Part shown: piece after piece, positions 12,630 through 23,509 of the stretch
How positions within the stretch are numbered: position 1 is the stretch's first letter
Layout: every line of letters begins with the position of its first letter
Assembly: GCA_013265495.1 (NCBI GenBank)
Contig: MU057880.1
Location: 372,001 to 436,000, forward strand
Direction of reading: 5' to 3'
Origin: Vicugna vicugna
Taxonomy: Eukaryota
Length of the DNA: 64,000 nucleotides
Notes under the pieces: model-generated
Told to the model about the DNA's origin: nothing
The model's input: only the letters and a program-made list of their open reading frames with translations
Database searches by the model: none
Program-made: the position numbers and the translations under genes

Positions 12630-13330
12630 GGAGAATTTGGAAAGATGCGCCCGCCAGCCAATATCTACTGTCGGAATCACCGTGTGGGTAACTCTCAGCG
12701 CCACGCCTCCCACGGCATGTTTTAGGTTCTCAGGAAAGCCTTGGATGGACCCCGACCACGACCACGGCGCATCTGTCCCTGCGGAAGACAGCCCGGATGT
12801 TTCTCTTGCAGAAAGGATAATGGTGTAATTGCAAAATGCATTCAGAGTGGAGTTTCAATAGCGGCCCTTAAGGTGGCGATGTAGGTGCCCTCGGGCGCCG
12901 CGACGGCACAGACGCGGCTGGCGCTCAGCGCCCGACTGCGCAGGGCTGCGTGGGTGGGGCAGCGCGGGGCGAGCCAGACGCTGCTGCTCGGACGGAACCG
13001 CCCGGGTGCAAACTGCCCACGGCACTGTGGGGAAAAAAGAGGAAAAAAAAAATCACGAGGATGCGCAGTCGGTGGACCTGAGGAAGGCGGGGAGGTAGGA
13101 ACTGACAAGCCCTCTGTGATAGAGGTTCATGCTGACGCGAAGGATAGGAAGAAATCGGTGTGGCCAAAATTAGGGAGATGAGGTGGGAGACGAGGGGCCT
13201 TGTCTCCCCTTTCTTGCTTAAGAGTCCAGTGAGGGCCGAAGGGGCGTGTTGCAGAAGGAGGCTTCCCTCCCCCGCCGCACGGGAAGGTGATGTCCAGTCC
13301 AGCCGCCCCAAGACCCTGAAAATCGCCTGA
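12630..13330. promoter_or_regulatory. CpG-rich, GC-rich patch (possible promoter/enhancer)
   Basis: Visibly high CpG density, core about 12860-13090 (e.g. cgggcgccgcgacggcacagacgcggctggcgctcagcgcccg); CCAAT next to a GC-rich motif at about 12648-12663; no repeat recognised. Confidence 0.55.
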
Positions 13331-13364
13331 TCCACAAACATGTGGAGCTGCGCCCTTTTCTCCT

Positions 13365-13507
13365 TTTTTTTTTTCCCAGAAGGGGTGGGGGCTTCGTTAG
13401 ATTATTTAATTATCTATTTACTTTTTTTTTTTTAAATGGAGGTCCTGGGGGTTGAACCCAGGGCCTTATGCATGCTAAGCACGCGCTGGACCACTGAGGT
13501 ACACCCT
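13365..13507 (-). mobile_element. tRNA-Ala-derived SINE
   Basis: Antisense aatggaggtcctgggggttgaacccaggg...catgctaagcacgcgc...ccactgag with T-rich tail. Confidence 0.9.
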
Positions 13508-14150
13508 GTCTCCTTCTAGATCTGATGGTCCTTACGGAAATCCTTTCCTCTTCCCTCCAGTGATAGCATGGAGCTTCCCTGCATCTTGGAATATTATTTG
13601 CATTCATTCCTTTTCTTCAATGTCATTTTGAGAACAATTAAAAAGTAAAAGATGGCAACACTACCCGAAATATACCCAAAAACTACCCGAAATATTTGCA
13701 GACTAAATGTGTAAACGTTATAAAGTGTAGATACCAGAAGTCTCCCTTTCCATGGTAGTCGATCCTATTCCGACAACCCTCTTTCCTGTTGACACACTGG
13801 GCATTTCCTTCTCAGTTTGTTTCCTGTTTACTCCTACCTGATTTTTTTTTTTTAACAAATGACTTTTCACATCACCTTGCAAATGTAAAAAGAAAATGGC
13901 CATTGTGAATATTCCCAAGATGTTTATATAATGTCACTTATTTTCAGAAAAGGGGAACAGTCACAATTCAAGGGGGAAAAAAAAGTTCTGCTTTCAGCCC
14001 AGTGTTTTCCTCTCAAGGATTTTAGAATAAAAACACTCTCAACAAATCCTGAACTGATGAAAGATCGACTCAGACTGACAGAAAGATTATCTGCCAGCAG
14101 CGAGAGAGATCAGCAACCAGATATCTGAGACACAGCAACTTCTTTCAGAT

Positions 14151-14260
14151 AGGTATAGCTCAGTGGTAGAGCACATGCTTAGCATGCACAAGGTCCTGGG
14201 TTCGATCCCCAGTACTTCCACCGAAGAAAATCATTAAAAATTAAAATAAAAGTTTTTTAA
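14151..14260 (+). mobile_element. tRNA-Ala-derived SINE
   Basis: ggtatagctcagtggtagagcacatgcttagcatgcacaaggtcctgggttcgatccccagtacttcca plus A-rich tail. Confidence 0.9.
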
Positions 14261-15111
14261 GGTAGGTATAGAATATGAACACCCCAAAATGTATTCAGAA
14301 AAGTAACGTTTGCGTAATCAACAAGTACCCTATTGTTGTAATTTGTTTGGCAAAGAAAAGAGAAATTAAAAGTATCTTAGTGTAATAGATGGTTGAGTAG
14401 ATAGCCTTTGCTTCATTAAAAAAAAAAGTTAGCATACCTCGAAAAGAGTTAAGCAAATGTAATGAATGAGAGATAAAAGCATTGGAAATTGATCCTATGA
14501 TCAATATACTTAATGAGAACAATTGAGTTCAAAGGTGTAAAAAAATAATAGAATTTTAATAAGAAATATCAGCATATGTAATAACAATACACAGTGATGG
14601 GCATTTGTTGTCTATTATCATAGAAGAAAAATGGAACAGAAACACAGACTTAAATATCATTAGAAAAAAAATAGATTAACAAACAAAGTAAATTGATTGT
14701 CAGGCTAGCTTTAATGCAGATAAGCAAACAAGTGCACAGTGTTCTACACGCTCTTTCAGATGTTTCCCCAAATCCTTCTCTTAAATGCTGTCTGTCCAGA
14801 ATAAAACTAAACTCCACAGCATCCTCCCCATCTCACAGTAAGCAAGCAAAGCCACTTTAATTGCCCAGTTCCTCAGGAAAACAGAGCTTCTTAAATGATT
14901 TTGTGATGTATTTATCACTTTTACTTTGAGAATAGTAGGTCTCGGAGTGGAGAGTTTACATTGCAAAGAGCCCAAGGGTGGAGTTGAGAGTTAATTTCTG
15001 TGCATCACAAGGAAATAAGCTGCGGTTGCAGGAAGCTACCACCGGAGAACAGGTGTGAGCCATGAAGAAGGAGCCGAGCTAGAGGAAAAAACCCGTTGTT
15101 ATTAAAAGAAC

Positions 15112-15220
15112 AGTTTCTCATGGGTGTAGACATCTATCAAAATTCATCAAATTGTACACCTGAAATATGTGCAGTTTACTGTACAGCAATCATTTCGCAA
15201 TAAAGATGTTTTTAAAAAAG
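15112..15220 (+). mobile_element. Short L1 3' terminus
   Basis: aaaattcatcaaattgtacacctgaaatatgtgcagtttact...aataaag plus A-run. Confidence 0.75.
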
Positions 15221-15510
15221 AGAGCAATTGGACGGAGAAGCCATGTTTACTTTACTCACGCACTTTTCTGAGATACAGATGTTTTGTTTACAGTTCAATG
15301 CTTAAGGTAAGGTGCAAAGAGTGAAAGGAGGCGCTAGGCGCCCGAGTTAGCTTCAGAAGTAAGACACACAGTGTGCCACAGACCCCTGGGGATTCCTGCT
15401 CTCATGTCTGCCCCTTCCGCCCCCGGGATAAACCAAGCGGGCTATTTCCTATCTGTGTCTTCGCTTGTACTTTTAATATCAGCATAAGATTCTCTTAAAA
15501 ATATGTTATT

Positions 15511-15640
15511 GATAATAACCTATAATGGGAAAGAATCATATATATAACCAGATCACTTTGCAGTACACCTGAAACTAGCACAATATTGTAAACCAACTAG
15601 ACTTCAATTTTTTTTAATTTTTAATAAATTATAAATTTTT
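15511..15640 (+). mobile_element. Short L1 3' terminus
   Basis: ataacctataatgggaaagaat...tcactttgcagtacacctgaaactagcacaatattgtaaac. Confidence 0.8.
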
Positions 15641-16243
15641 AAAATGTTAGTTTTACATATTTTTAAACTTGTGTTATTATCCTGAATATATATGTATAAT
15701 ATAGAATATATATTTAATTAACAAAATAGAATATATATAATATATATTCAGTATCCTGTTCAATATATTTGTGAGATTTATTCATGTATTCCTGTGGAGG
15801 GATGTCGTGTTAAATTCCTTTTAAATGCATTTATTACATTCCCTTGTATTGATACACTACAATTTTTATATCCATTACCTGTATGCAGTATAAAGAACTC
15901 CTAAATGTAATAAGAAAAAGCTAACCTAAAAGAAAGATGGACAGAAGGCATGTGTAGAAATTTATTTAGGATAGTACCATTTTTTTCCTAGTAAAAATGC
16001 TACCAAAAAAATCTTAAATATATCCCTTGGTGTACATGTAATAGTTTCTCTAGGGCATACACTTCGGAGTATTGTACTGATGCAAATCCTCATAGCAGCA
16101 CAGAATTCCTACATCCACGTCCTCACCGACACAGTATTCCCAGATGTTTTTCAGTTTCGCCAATCTGAGGGATTCAAAATGGTTTCTTATCTTGGTTTTA
16201 GTTCTAATTCTCATCATTACTAGTAAAGTTAAGAATAATGTCA

Positions 16244-16569
16244 AAGAAGGAAAAAGGACACTATGAACTCATCTACAAAACAGAAACAGACTCGCAAACA
16301 TAGTAAACAATCTTATGGTTACCAGGGAAACGGGGTGGGAAGGGATAAATTTGAGAGTTTGAGATCTACAAATGTTAGTCACTATATATAATAATAGATT
16401 TTTTTTAAGTTTCTTCTGTATAACATAGGGAACTATATTCAAAATCTTGTAATAGCCTTTAATGAAAAAGAATATGGAAACGAATATATGTATGTACATG
16501 CATGACTGGGACATTGTGTTGCACACCAGAAATTGACACATTGTAACTGACTGTGCTTCAACAGAAAAA
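16244..16569 (+). mobile_element. Young L1 3' end with perfect 13-bp TSD
   Basis: TSD aagaataatgtca at 16231-16243 and 16570-16582; same 3'UTR type as 42.7-43.0 kb. Confidence 0.92.
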
Positions 16570-16821
16570 AAGAATAATGTCATATGTTTATTAGCTTTTC
16601 ATGATTCCTCTTCTCTTGTTTATTCCTGGTCCCTATTTCCCGACCATTTTTTTCTCTTGGGCAGTTTATCTTTTTCTTAATGGGTTTAGGAGTCCTTTAT
16701 AACTTTTTACCAACTTTCTGTTTTACTCACTGGAAGTAACTTTTCCCAGGATGTGGTGTGACTTTCACTTTCTTACTAGCAATTTTTGATGAAAAAATTT
16801 TTTTGTTGTTTTAATGTATTC

Positions 16822-16922
16822 TTTTTTTTTTTTTTTTTTTTACAAATAAGCAAAGCAAGGATTTATTAAGCGACAGAGTACACTCTCAGAAGGGAAAGCA
16901 GGCAGGCTCGGGTGAGCAGCTG
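16822..16922 (-). mobile_element. Polyadenylated retroposed fragment resembling an LTR R region
   Basis: Minus strand reads cagctgctcacccgagcctgcctgctttcccttctgagagtgtactctgtcgcttAATAAAtccttgctttgcttatttgt followed by A20. Confidence 0.6.
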
Positions 16923-17614
16923 TTTCATTTATCAATTTGAGAGAGGGCGTGTCCATTTTATTAGTGTGTTTTTTTTTTAATTTTTCCATCTCCTGACGAC
17001 AGTCTCTATTTTCTTTTAATTTTTAAAGTTCTGTTTTTCATGTTTATTTTTAACCCACATGAAATTTACATTTGTGTATGGTGTGAGATAGAAAACTAAT
17101 TTGTTTTCGATACAGATAAAAGTTACCTGTGGACTAGTCTTCAATAATCCACAAATATGCGATCCCACCTTCTCGTTTATTGGGTCCCACACAACGCCCA
17201 GCCCTGCTCTGTGAGTCTGCAGCTTTGTACCAAATCATCACACTTTGTTCTTCTGCTTCTGCAGCTTTGTTTTGGCTACTTTTAGCTATGAGCATCTATA
17301 GAAATATTACAATAAGCTTGCTGGGTGCAATGAAAACTTTAAATTTGATTTATGGATTAGTGTGGAAAGTCTCAGTCTCCCAGTGACATAGAGTCTTTCC
17401 ATCCATGGACAGGATATACTTTCCATTACTCAGGATTTCTTTAAAATATTTTAGCAAAGTTGTATAATTTTCCCTGCGCACTTTTAAATGTAATATGTAT
17501 TCCTAGATGCTTTATTTTCTATTTTACATACCATACCACGTTAACATTACATTTTCTGATTTTGTTGCTGGTTTATAGGAATTTTATTTTTTTACAACTT
17601 GTGTGTGTGTATGT

Positions 17615-17697
17615 GTTTTTAATGGTGGTCCCAGGGGTTGAACCCAGGACCTCATGCATGCTAAGCACACGGTGTACCACTGAGCTGTACCCTCCCC
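17615..17697 (-). mobile_element. tRNA-Ala-derived SINE
   Basis: ggggttgaacccaggacctcatgcatgctaagcacacggtgtaccactgagctgtaccctcccc. Confidence 0.92.
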
Positions 17698-17699
17698 AT

Positions 17700-19060
17700 C
17701 TACAACATTTTTATGGTACAATTTCCATGTAAGAAACTGTCCAAATGTTAAATGTACAATGTACTGTGTTCTGACAGAGGTATACAACCAAAAGCAATCA
17801 AGATGAGAAGGATTCCATCACCCCCAGAGTTTCCCTTGTGTCCATTTGCAGTGTCTCCCTCTCCATCCACATTGTCAATCAAGCAGCCACTTTCTGGTCC
17901 CTATGGATTATTCTGCTTTTATGGAATTGTCTATAAATGAAATCATGTGGTGTGGACTTTTACAAAAGCTTCTTTCATTCAGCGTCTTTATCTTGAGCTT
18001 CATCCATACTGTTACACATCAGCAATTTCTTCTTTTTTTCTCACTCTCCGTGATATAAATGCAACACATTTTGTTTACACATTCATTTGCATTTGGATTG
18101 TCTCCAGTTTACAGCTCTTACAAATAGAGCTTTTGGAAGCATTTACGTATGAGACTTTGCATGAATATATATTTTCCTTTTCTTGGGTACCCTTTCAAGG
18201 GTAACAGCAGGGTTACATGACAGGTGTATGTCTCGCTATTTAAGAATTGCCAAATGTTTTCCCAAAGTGATTGTATGAGTTTACACTCTACCCACAGTGT
18301 CAGAGCCCTGGCTGCTCCTTGGTAGCTGGTCATTTTAATTCTAGCCATTTTAATGGGCGCATGATGCTTTGTGTTGGGGTTTTAATTTGCACTTCCATGA
18401 TCACCAGTGATGTTAAGGATCATTTCATATGCTGACTGGCCATTTACATGTCTTTTTTTAAAAAAAGGTCTGTTCAAGCCTTTTCATGTTTTTATTGAGT
18501 TTTTTATTTCTCCTCTTCTCCTGAGTTGTACAAATTCTTTACACATCCCATCTGAATACATGTTACAGATATTTTCTCCCAGTCTATGGCTTGCCTTTCA
18601 TTTTTCTTAACAGTGTCTTCCAAAAAGCCAAAGTTTCTAATTTTTGATGAAGTCCAGTTTTTTCTCTTAGAATTGTGCTTTTTTGTATCCTAAGAAATAT
18701 TTGCCCAAGCCCCAGCCACAGAGACTTTATCCTGTTTTTTGGTTTTTGTTTTTTTCCTAGAAATCTTACAGTTTTAGCTTCAGTATTTAAGTCTACAATC
18801 TTTTCCAAATTAACTTTTCATGAAGTGTGTGGTAGGAATCAAGGTATATATTTTTTTCCATGTGAAGTCAGCACCATTTGTTGGGAAGAATTCCCCTTTC
18901 CCATTAAATGGCCTCAGCAACTTTGTTACACACAAAAAAATTCTATGTATATGTATAAATCTACTTTTGTATCCCTAATTTATTCCATTGACTTCTAGAG
19001 CTATTATGTTTACCTGTACCAAACTGGCTTGATTACTATTATTTTTAGAGTGAGTCTCAA
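17700..19060 (-). mobile_element. Old L1 3' region (L1MB/MC-like)
   Basis: Antisense L1 phrases: aagaattgccaaatgttttcccaaagtg, attctagccattttaatggg, ttgatgaagtccagttt. Confidence 0.8.
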
Positions 19061-19074
19061 GATAAAATAGCTTA

Positions 19075-19162
19075 TTAATTAATTTTTTTAACAGAGGTAC
19101 CGGGGATTGAACCCAGAACCTTGTGTATGCTATGCACATGCTCTGCCACGGATACCCTCCCA
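19075..19162 (-). mobile_element. tRNA-Ala-derived SINE
   Basis: gaggtaccggggattgaacccagaaccttgtgtatgctatgcacatgctct...accctccc. Confidence 0.88.
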
Positions 19163-19179
19163 CTCCCCAAAATTGTTTA

Positions 19180-19540
19180 CATTTTCCTTCTTAATTTTTC
19201 AGTATTAAAGTTCTGTTCTGATCTTTATGATTTCTTTCCTCCTACTAACTTTGGGGTTTGTATATTCTTCTTTTTCTGGTTCCTTTAGGTGTGAGGTTGG
19301 GTTGTCTGAGGTTTTTCTTGTGCCCTGGGGTAGCCTTGCGTTGCCATAAGCTTCCTTCTTAGGTCAGCTTATGTTGTCTCCCAGGGATTTTGAATCATTG
19401 TGTTTCCAATTTTATTTGTCTCCGGGTATATTCTGATACCTTCTTTGATTTCTTCAGTGTATGCCACTATGTTTGAAGTGAGTTTCTCATAGACAGTATA
19501 TAGCGGAGTTGTATTTTTTGTTCGCTCGGCAAGTGTCTGC
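19180..19540 (-). mobile_element. L1 ORF2 5' region (endonuclease side), left arm of an interrupted L1
   Basis: ORF 19369-19563 contains EEIKEGIRIYPETNKIGNTMIQNPWETT, similar to L1 ORF2 EEIKEEIKKYLETNENENTTYQNLWD; gaagtgagtttctcatagacagtatatag is the antisense of the ICCLQETHF-type endonuclease motif. Confidence 0.85.
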
Positions 19541-20469
19541 TGCCTTGAGCAGGGCCCAGCCATGTCTCGTGACTTGGAGCATCCTTCAGTGAGACAGACA
19601 CCTCCTTTGGTGTCTTGGGAGGGGTGGGGATATATATAAATGTCCTTGCATACTGTTATGTTAAAGCTTTAGCTTGCTTGGCCCAAGGACTGGACTCAGT
19701 ACCCCTCCAAGAAGGGGCTAAAATGATGCTGTGTGCAAAAACAGATCCACGTGCAACAGCAGAGCCGTGCCAGCTGCTGGCAAAGGTGTCTGTCCTAACT
19801 ATGCTTAAGAAACTGGCCTCAGCCAGCCTTTCTGCCTTATTGACTCGTTTGATGCCAACCCCCACCCCAGGATGAGGATGTCCTTTTATCCCAAGAGTAC
19901 CCCAAATCCCAGGCCCTGCCGTAGGGAACTCCTTCTTCTCTAGTCCATCATGAGATCAGGAAAAACCTACCCTTGGTCCGGAGGCATGTCCTCTTCTATT
20001 TAAGCCCATGGGACTTACAGTGTTCAGTGCCTGCCTAGTGGGGGACCAAGGTTGACCTCCTTCCCTAAGCACCTTGTACCCCAAGAGTCAGTTCCCATGA
20101 CCCAGATTCATGCAAATTCTGACCCTACAGCTTGGCCATGCTGATGGAGCGTGGGGGAGACGGTGAGAAATGGAGGGTGTGGTCAACACAGGGCGACACC
20201 TCGCCAAAGCGACATGGAGACCTTTCAGATCCTGGTCCCAACCACGGAAGGCCATTCAGGACTGCATTGCCCAGTAACTGTCCTGCTGGCAGGGGTGGAC
20301 CGCATGCTAATTCCCTGGTCATCTCCAAGACCCAAACTGCATCTCTACTTGTAGGGACTTAGTTGGAGGATTTTGGAACATATTAAGGAAAAAGACATGA
20401 CCCTGAGGTGGCCATAGCACACACAGGTTTCTTTGGGTGACTTTGACAGAGAAGGCAGAGGGGCAAGAA

Positions 20470-20810
20470 AGGGGTAGGGAGTTAAGAGGTACACGCTACT
20501 ATGAATGAAACAAATAAGCTTCAAGGGAAAGGTATAGCTCAGTGGTAGGGCGTGTGCCTAGCATGCATGAGGTCCTGGGTTCAATCCCCAGTCCCTCCAT
20601 TAAATACCTAAATAAACTTAATTACCCACCTCAAAAAAAGGTAAACAAATAAATAAGCTGCAATGATATATTGGACAGCACAGGGAATATAGCCAATATT
20701 TTATAATAACTCTCAATGGAGTATAATCTATAAAAATTTTGAATCACTATGTTGTACACCTGAAACCCATATAACATTATAAATCAGCTAGACCTCAATA
20801 AAAATAAACA
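20470..20810 (+). mobile_element. L1 3' end inside the SPATA31-like intron, with nested SINE
   Basis: gttaagaggtaca...acagcacagggaatatagccaatattttataataact...tgtacacctgaaac...tcaataaaaa. Confidence 0.85.
20525..20650 (+). mobile_element. tRNA-Ala-derived SINE
   Basis: ggtatagctcagtggtaggg...ggttcaatccccag; TSD aaataagcttcaa (20512-20524) and aaataagctgcaa (20651-20663). Confidence 0.92.
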
Positions 20811-21932
20811 GAAATTCAGTGGAGAATCACGTGCAGAAAATCCTCTGAGTTTCAGAGAGAAAGTCAAATAGAAAACATTTTTTACTCCCTTAGAAATATT
20901 TGACAGAAGAAATTAAGAGTGCAGTTATGTTTAATGTAGGAAGTCATAGTATTCATGAGCAATCCATACCTGCAGCTAGCCTAGAGAAAGCAGTGTGAAT
21001 ATTGGGTCCCATCTTTCAGTCTTGACTTTTTTCAGTGTTGTTGAAAGGTCCCTTAAAGGACCAAAAGTGAAGCATTAAAAAGTAAGGTCTTGCCTAGACA
21101 ACCCCTAGCACCCCAAGGATTAAGCCTCTTTTTGCACAGTCTCCAAGGATGGCAGATCTAGAGCAAGTCCCTCTCAGAAGACAGGTCCACCAGAGAAAAG
21201 ACTCATAGGAAATCAGACCCTGGTACCTTTCTCAGAGCCCCTTCCAAGTGCATCCTCCTAATAGAGATGATGACGCTGGACAATGGGTCTTGCCCACTGT
21301 GTGGTGGGGTGAGGCATAGCAGGACCATGATTGGTGACTTTCAGAGGCAGAATTTCCTGGTCCTGACATTGGACACTTGTCTAACCCACCCAAGGCTGAC
21401 TGCTCACAGAGTGGGTCTTTGGAACACATGGACTAACGCAGGTGAAAGCATTTTGTACATGATAAATCAGTGGACCTGTGTGAGCCCCATTTTATTGTCA
21501 TTGACCATGTGAACAGTCATTTCTGGGGCTCCCAGAGACTGATCTTCCGGCTCTTTCAAAGGCTCTTCTCCTCAGCCTCCTACAAGATCCTTGCTCCTGC
21601 CTTCGCCACATGCAACCCAGGCTCCTGAGTTCCTCATTTGGAGAACTTGCCAGAAAGAAGCTGAGGTTGGCCCGGACCTCATTTCTCCTTGGAAGAGGTG
21701 ATTCATCTTTCCCTTTTCTTTCTTAATCTCTTTCTAACATAGCTCATGTAACCTGAGGCTGACGTGAGTTGAGGAAACCCCCCAGGGAAGAGAATATGAA
21801 AGAAAGCCTCAGGGTGAGTGAGAGAGTGAAGGTTGTCATGTAAAAAGTGTGGGGAACTTGACCCCCGGTTTGCCAGGCCTTTCTGTCCCCATGCTGACCC
21901 TGGCAGTGGCTTGTACCTCCCACCTCCCACAG

Positions 21933-22287
21933 CTCCCCAGGCAAGCTTACTGACCAAACTTCTCTACCGGTCACAGCCAGATGCTTGATGTGTGGTGTGC
22001 AGTGCAGTGGTGACCTGCCCCTCGGGGGTCCTGGAAGAGCTGCCACTCCCTTGGTGTCCTCCCCTCTGGGCTCTATAACTTCTCTGTTTGCACTAACTCT
22101 ACTCCTGGCCATCGCACCAGACCCTCCAGATGACCAGCTGGCAGCCCTGCAGTGTGAGCGCTCTGCTCCTGCCTGTCTGTGTGAGCCCTTGGGGCAACTT
22201 CCAGAGACTCAACTTGTTCCCTTGGACCCCCCCCCTTGTCTTTCTGTTTCCCTTTTTCTTTATTTCTTGTGTGTGTGTGTGTGTTTG

Positions 22288-22345
<58 letters not shown>

Positions 22346-23507
22346 TGTATTGGGGCAGGAGGGAGGTCATTAGGTCTATTTTTAACAGAGGTACTGGGGA
22401 TTGAACACAGGACCTTGTGCATGCTAAGCATGCTCTTTACCACTCAGCTACACCCTCCCCTCGTTTCCCTTTTTCTCATAGTAGCCGGCCATCACCTCAA
22501 GTCGTATTCCGTTACCACTCCTTTAAGTATCATCGATGGTCTTCTCTCAGCCACCAGAGGCCCCTCTACCATCGCCCCCACATTTTCATCCTTCTGACGG
22601 CTCTCACCACCTATGTCCTCAGATCCCCCTTGCCACTGGGCCCTTCGATTCTTTCACTTGTCTTCTTTCACCCCACCACTGGTTTTCTCAACCATATCCG
22701 GAGAATCCTCCCTGTTACTTCCCCACTCTCACCCTTTCACTGGGTTCTCTGTCACCAGAGCCCCTTCTGCCTCTGCATCCCACATCCCTAGTAAGCCATC
22801 TCTCATGCCCACTGCTCGCCTTTTCCCATCTTCCCCAGAGCACATACACCCTGGGTCTTTTCATCCACTTTTCATCCACCCAGACCTCACTTCATCCCTA
22901 GACCCTACCCACTGCCCTGATGCCACCCTATCTCAAGATAATTTCCCAAGAAACGTGACACACTCTGTGGGTCTCCCTGACTCACTTCCCAGTCATCTCC
23001 CTCCAAGAACCCTCTTCACCTCCACCAGATCCCACTTGAACTCTGGAGTTAAAGACTCAGTATGACTTAATGCCACCCTTATTGACACTGTCCCCACAGA
23101 GTTGGTGTTCAGACAGCCCCTGTGGACTGGCCTCTTCGGTCCCAGCAATGTCAGCCATTGGCTGGTCAGTCCTATGCGTTTCAACTTCCCACTGACAGCA
23201 GATGTCTGCCAAGGATTTGCTCCTCCCCACCTCCCATACTGAATCCCAACAGAAGCATCACACTCTCCGCTCACCAGTGGTCTGTCTCCAGGGAGGGTCT
23301 GCAACCAGGCATGTGCAAGCCGGTAGCCTTCCTTCCCTCAGTCCTGAGCTCCAGGTACTCCTGGGAAGAGCATCACAAATAGGCTGGATTTCCAGACATG
23401 TGAGGAGAAAGAAAAAGGGGGTCACTTCCAGAAGAACTGAGGTCAGGCTAACAAGGAAATTCTGGGAAAACCAAACATCACTTGCTGATGTTTGAGACAC
23501 CACCCAG
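21933..23507 (+). pseudogene. SPATA31: 5' part of the large Pro/Ser-rich terminal exon of the SPATA31-like pseudogene
   Basis: Acceptor ctcccacctcccacag ending at 21932; patchwork ORFs 21985-22404, 22536-22901, 22613-23065 and 23202-23495 each carry SPATA31-like segments; truncated where L1 resumes. Confidence 0.82.
22260..22462 (-). mobile_element. tRNA-Ala-derived SINE with (TG)n tail, inserted in the SPATA31-like exon
   Basis: TSD gtttccctttttct at 22246-22259 and 22463-22476; (TG)n about 22268-22348. Confidence 0.93.
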
Positions 23508-23509
23508 AA

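Larger units (their letters stand above)
15650..17590 (-). mobile_element. Old L1 (L1ME-like) fragments
   Basis: T-rich antisense L1 3' phrases (ttgtgagatttattcatg; tttcgccaatctgaggg...ttggttttagt; tttgtgtatggtgtgagatag), interrupted by younger inserts. Confidence 0.6.
19550..23507 (+). pseudogene. SPATA31: Unprocessed (intron-containing), truncated SPATA31/FAM75-family pseudogene
   Basis: Exon-2-like 21036-21081 (ttttcag|CC*KVP*RTKSEALK|gtaagg). Exon-3-like about 21628-21697 (FLIWRTCQKEAEVGPDLISPWKS|gtgatt; compare SPATA31D [23 protein letters not shown]). Last exon from 21933 (cccacag|): PDA*CVVCSAV (compare CPDPVCRVC), AATPLVSSPLGSIT, TQYDLMPPLLTLSPQSWCSDSPCGLASSVPAMSAIG...*QQMSAKDL, VQAGSLPSLSPELQVLLGR, ITNRLDFQTCEEKEKGGHFQKN, SLADV*DTT. 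Multiple stops, frameshifts and a SINE insertion. Reference peptides recalled from memory; 5' boundary inferred from the end of the L1 arm. Confidence 0.82.

Noticed and set aside
14151..14222. Bona fide tRNA-Ala(AGC) genes at the SINE heads
   Set aside because: About 18 diverged copies with A-rich tails, often a shared non-tRNA tail or TSDs, and broken stems indicate SINEs
20867..20900. IENIFYSLRNI as a SPATA31 exon-1 start remnant
   Set aside because: Starts with ATA, is followed at once by a stop, and has no hydrophobic segment or donor; more likely intron sequence
21985..22597. Long CV- or TH-repeat ORFs
   Set aside because: Produced by the (TG)n tail of a SINE; only the flanking parts reflect the SPATA31-like frame
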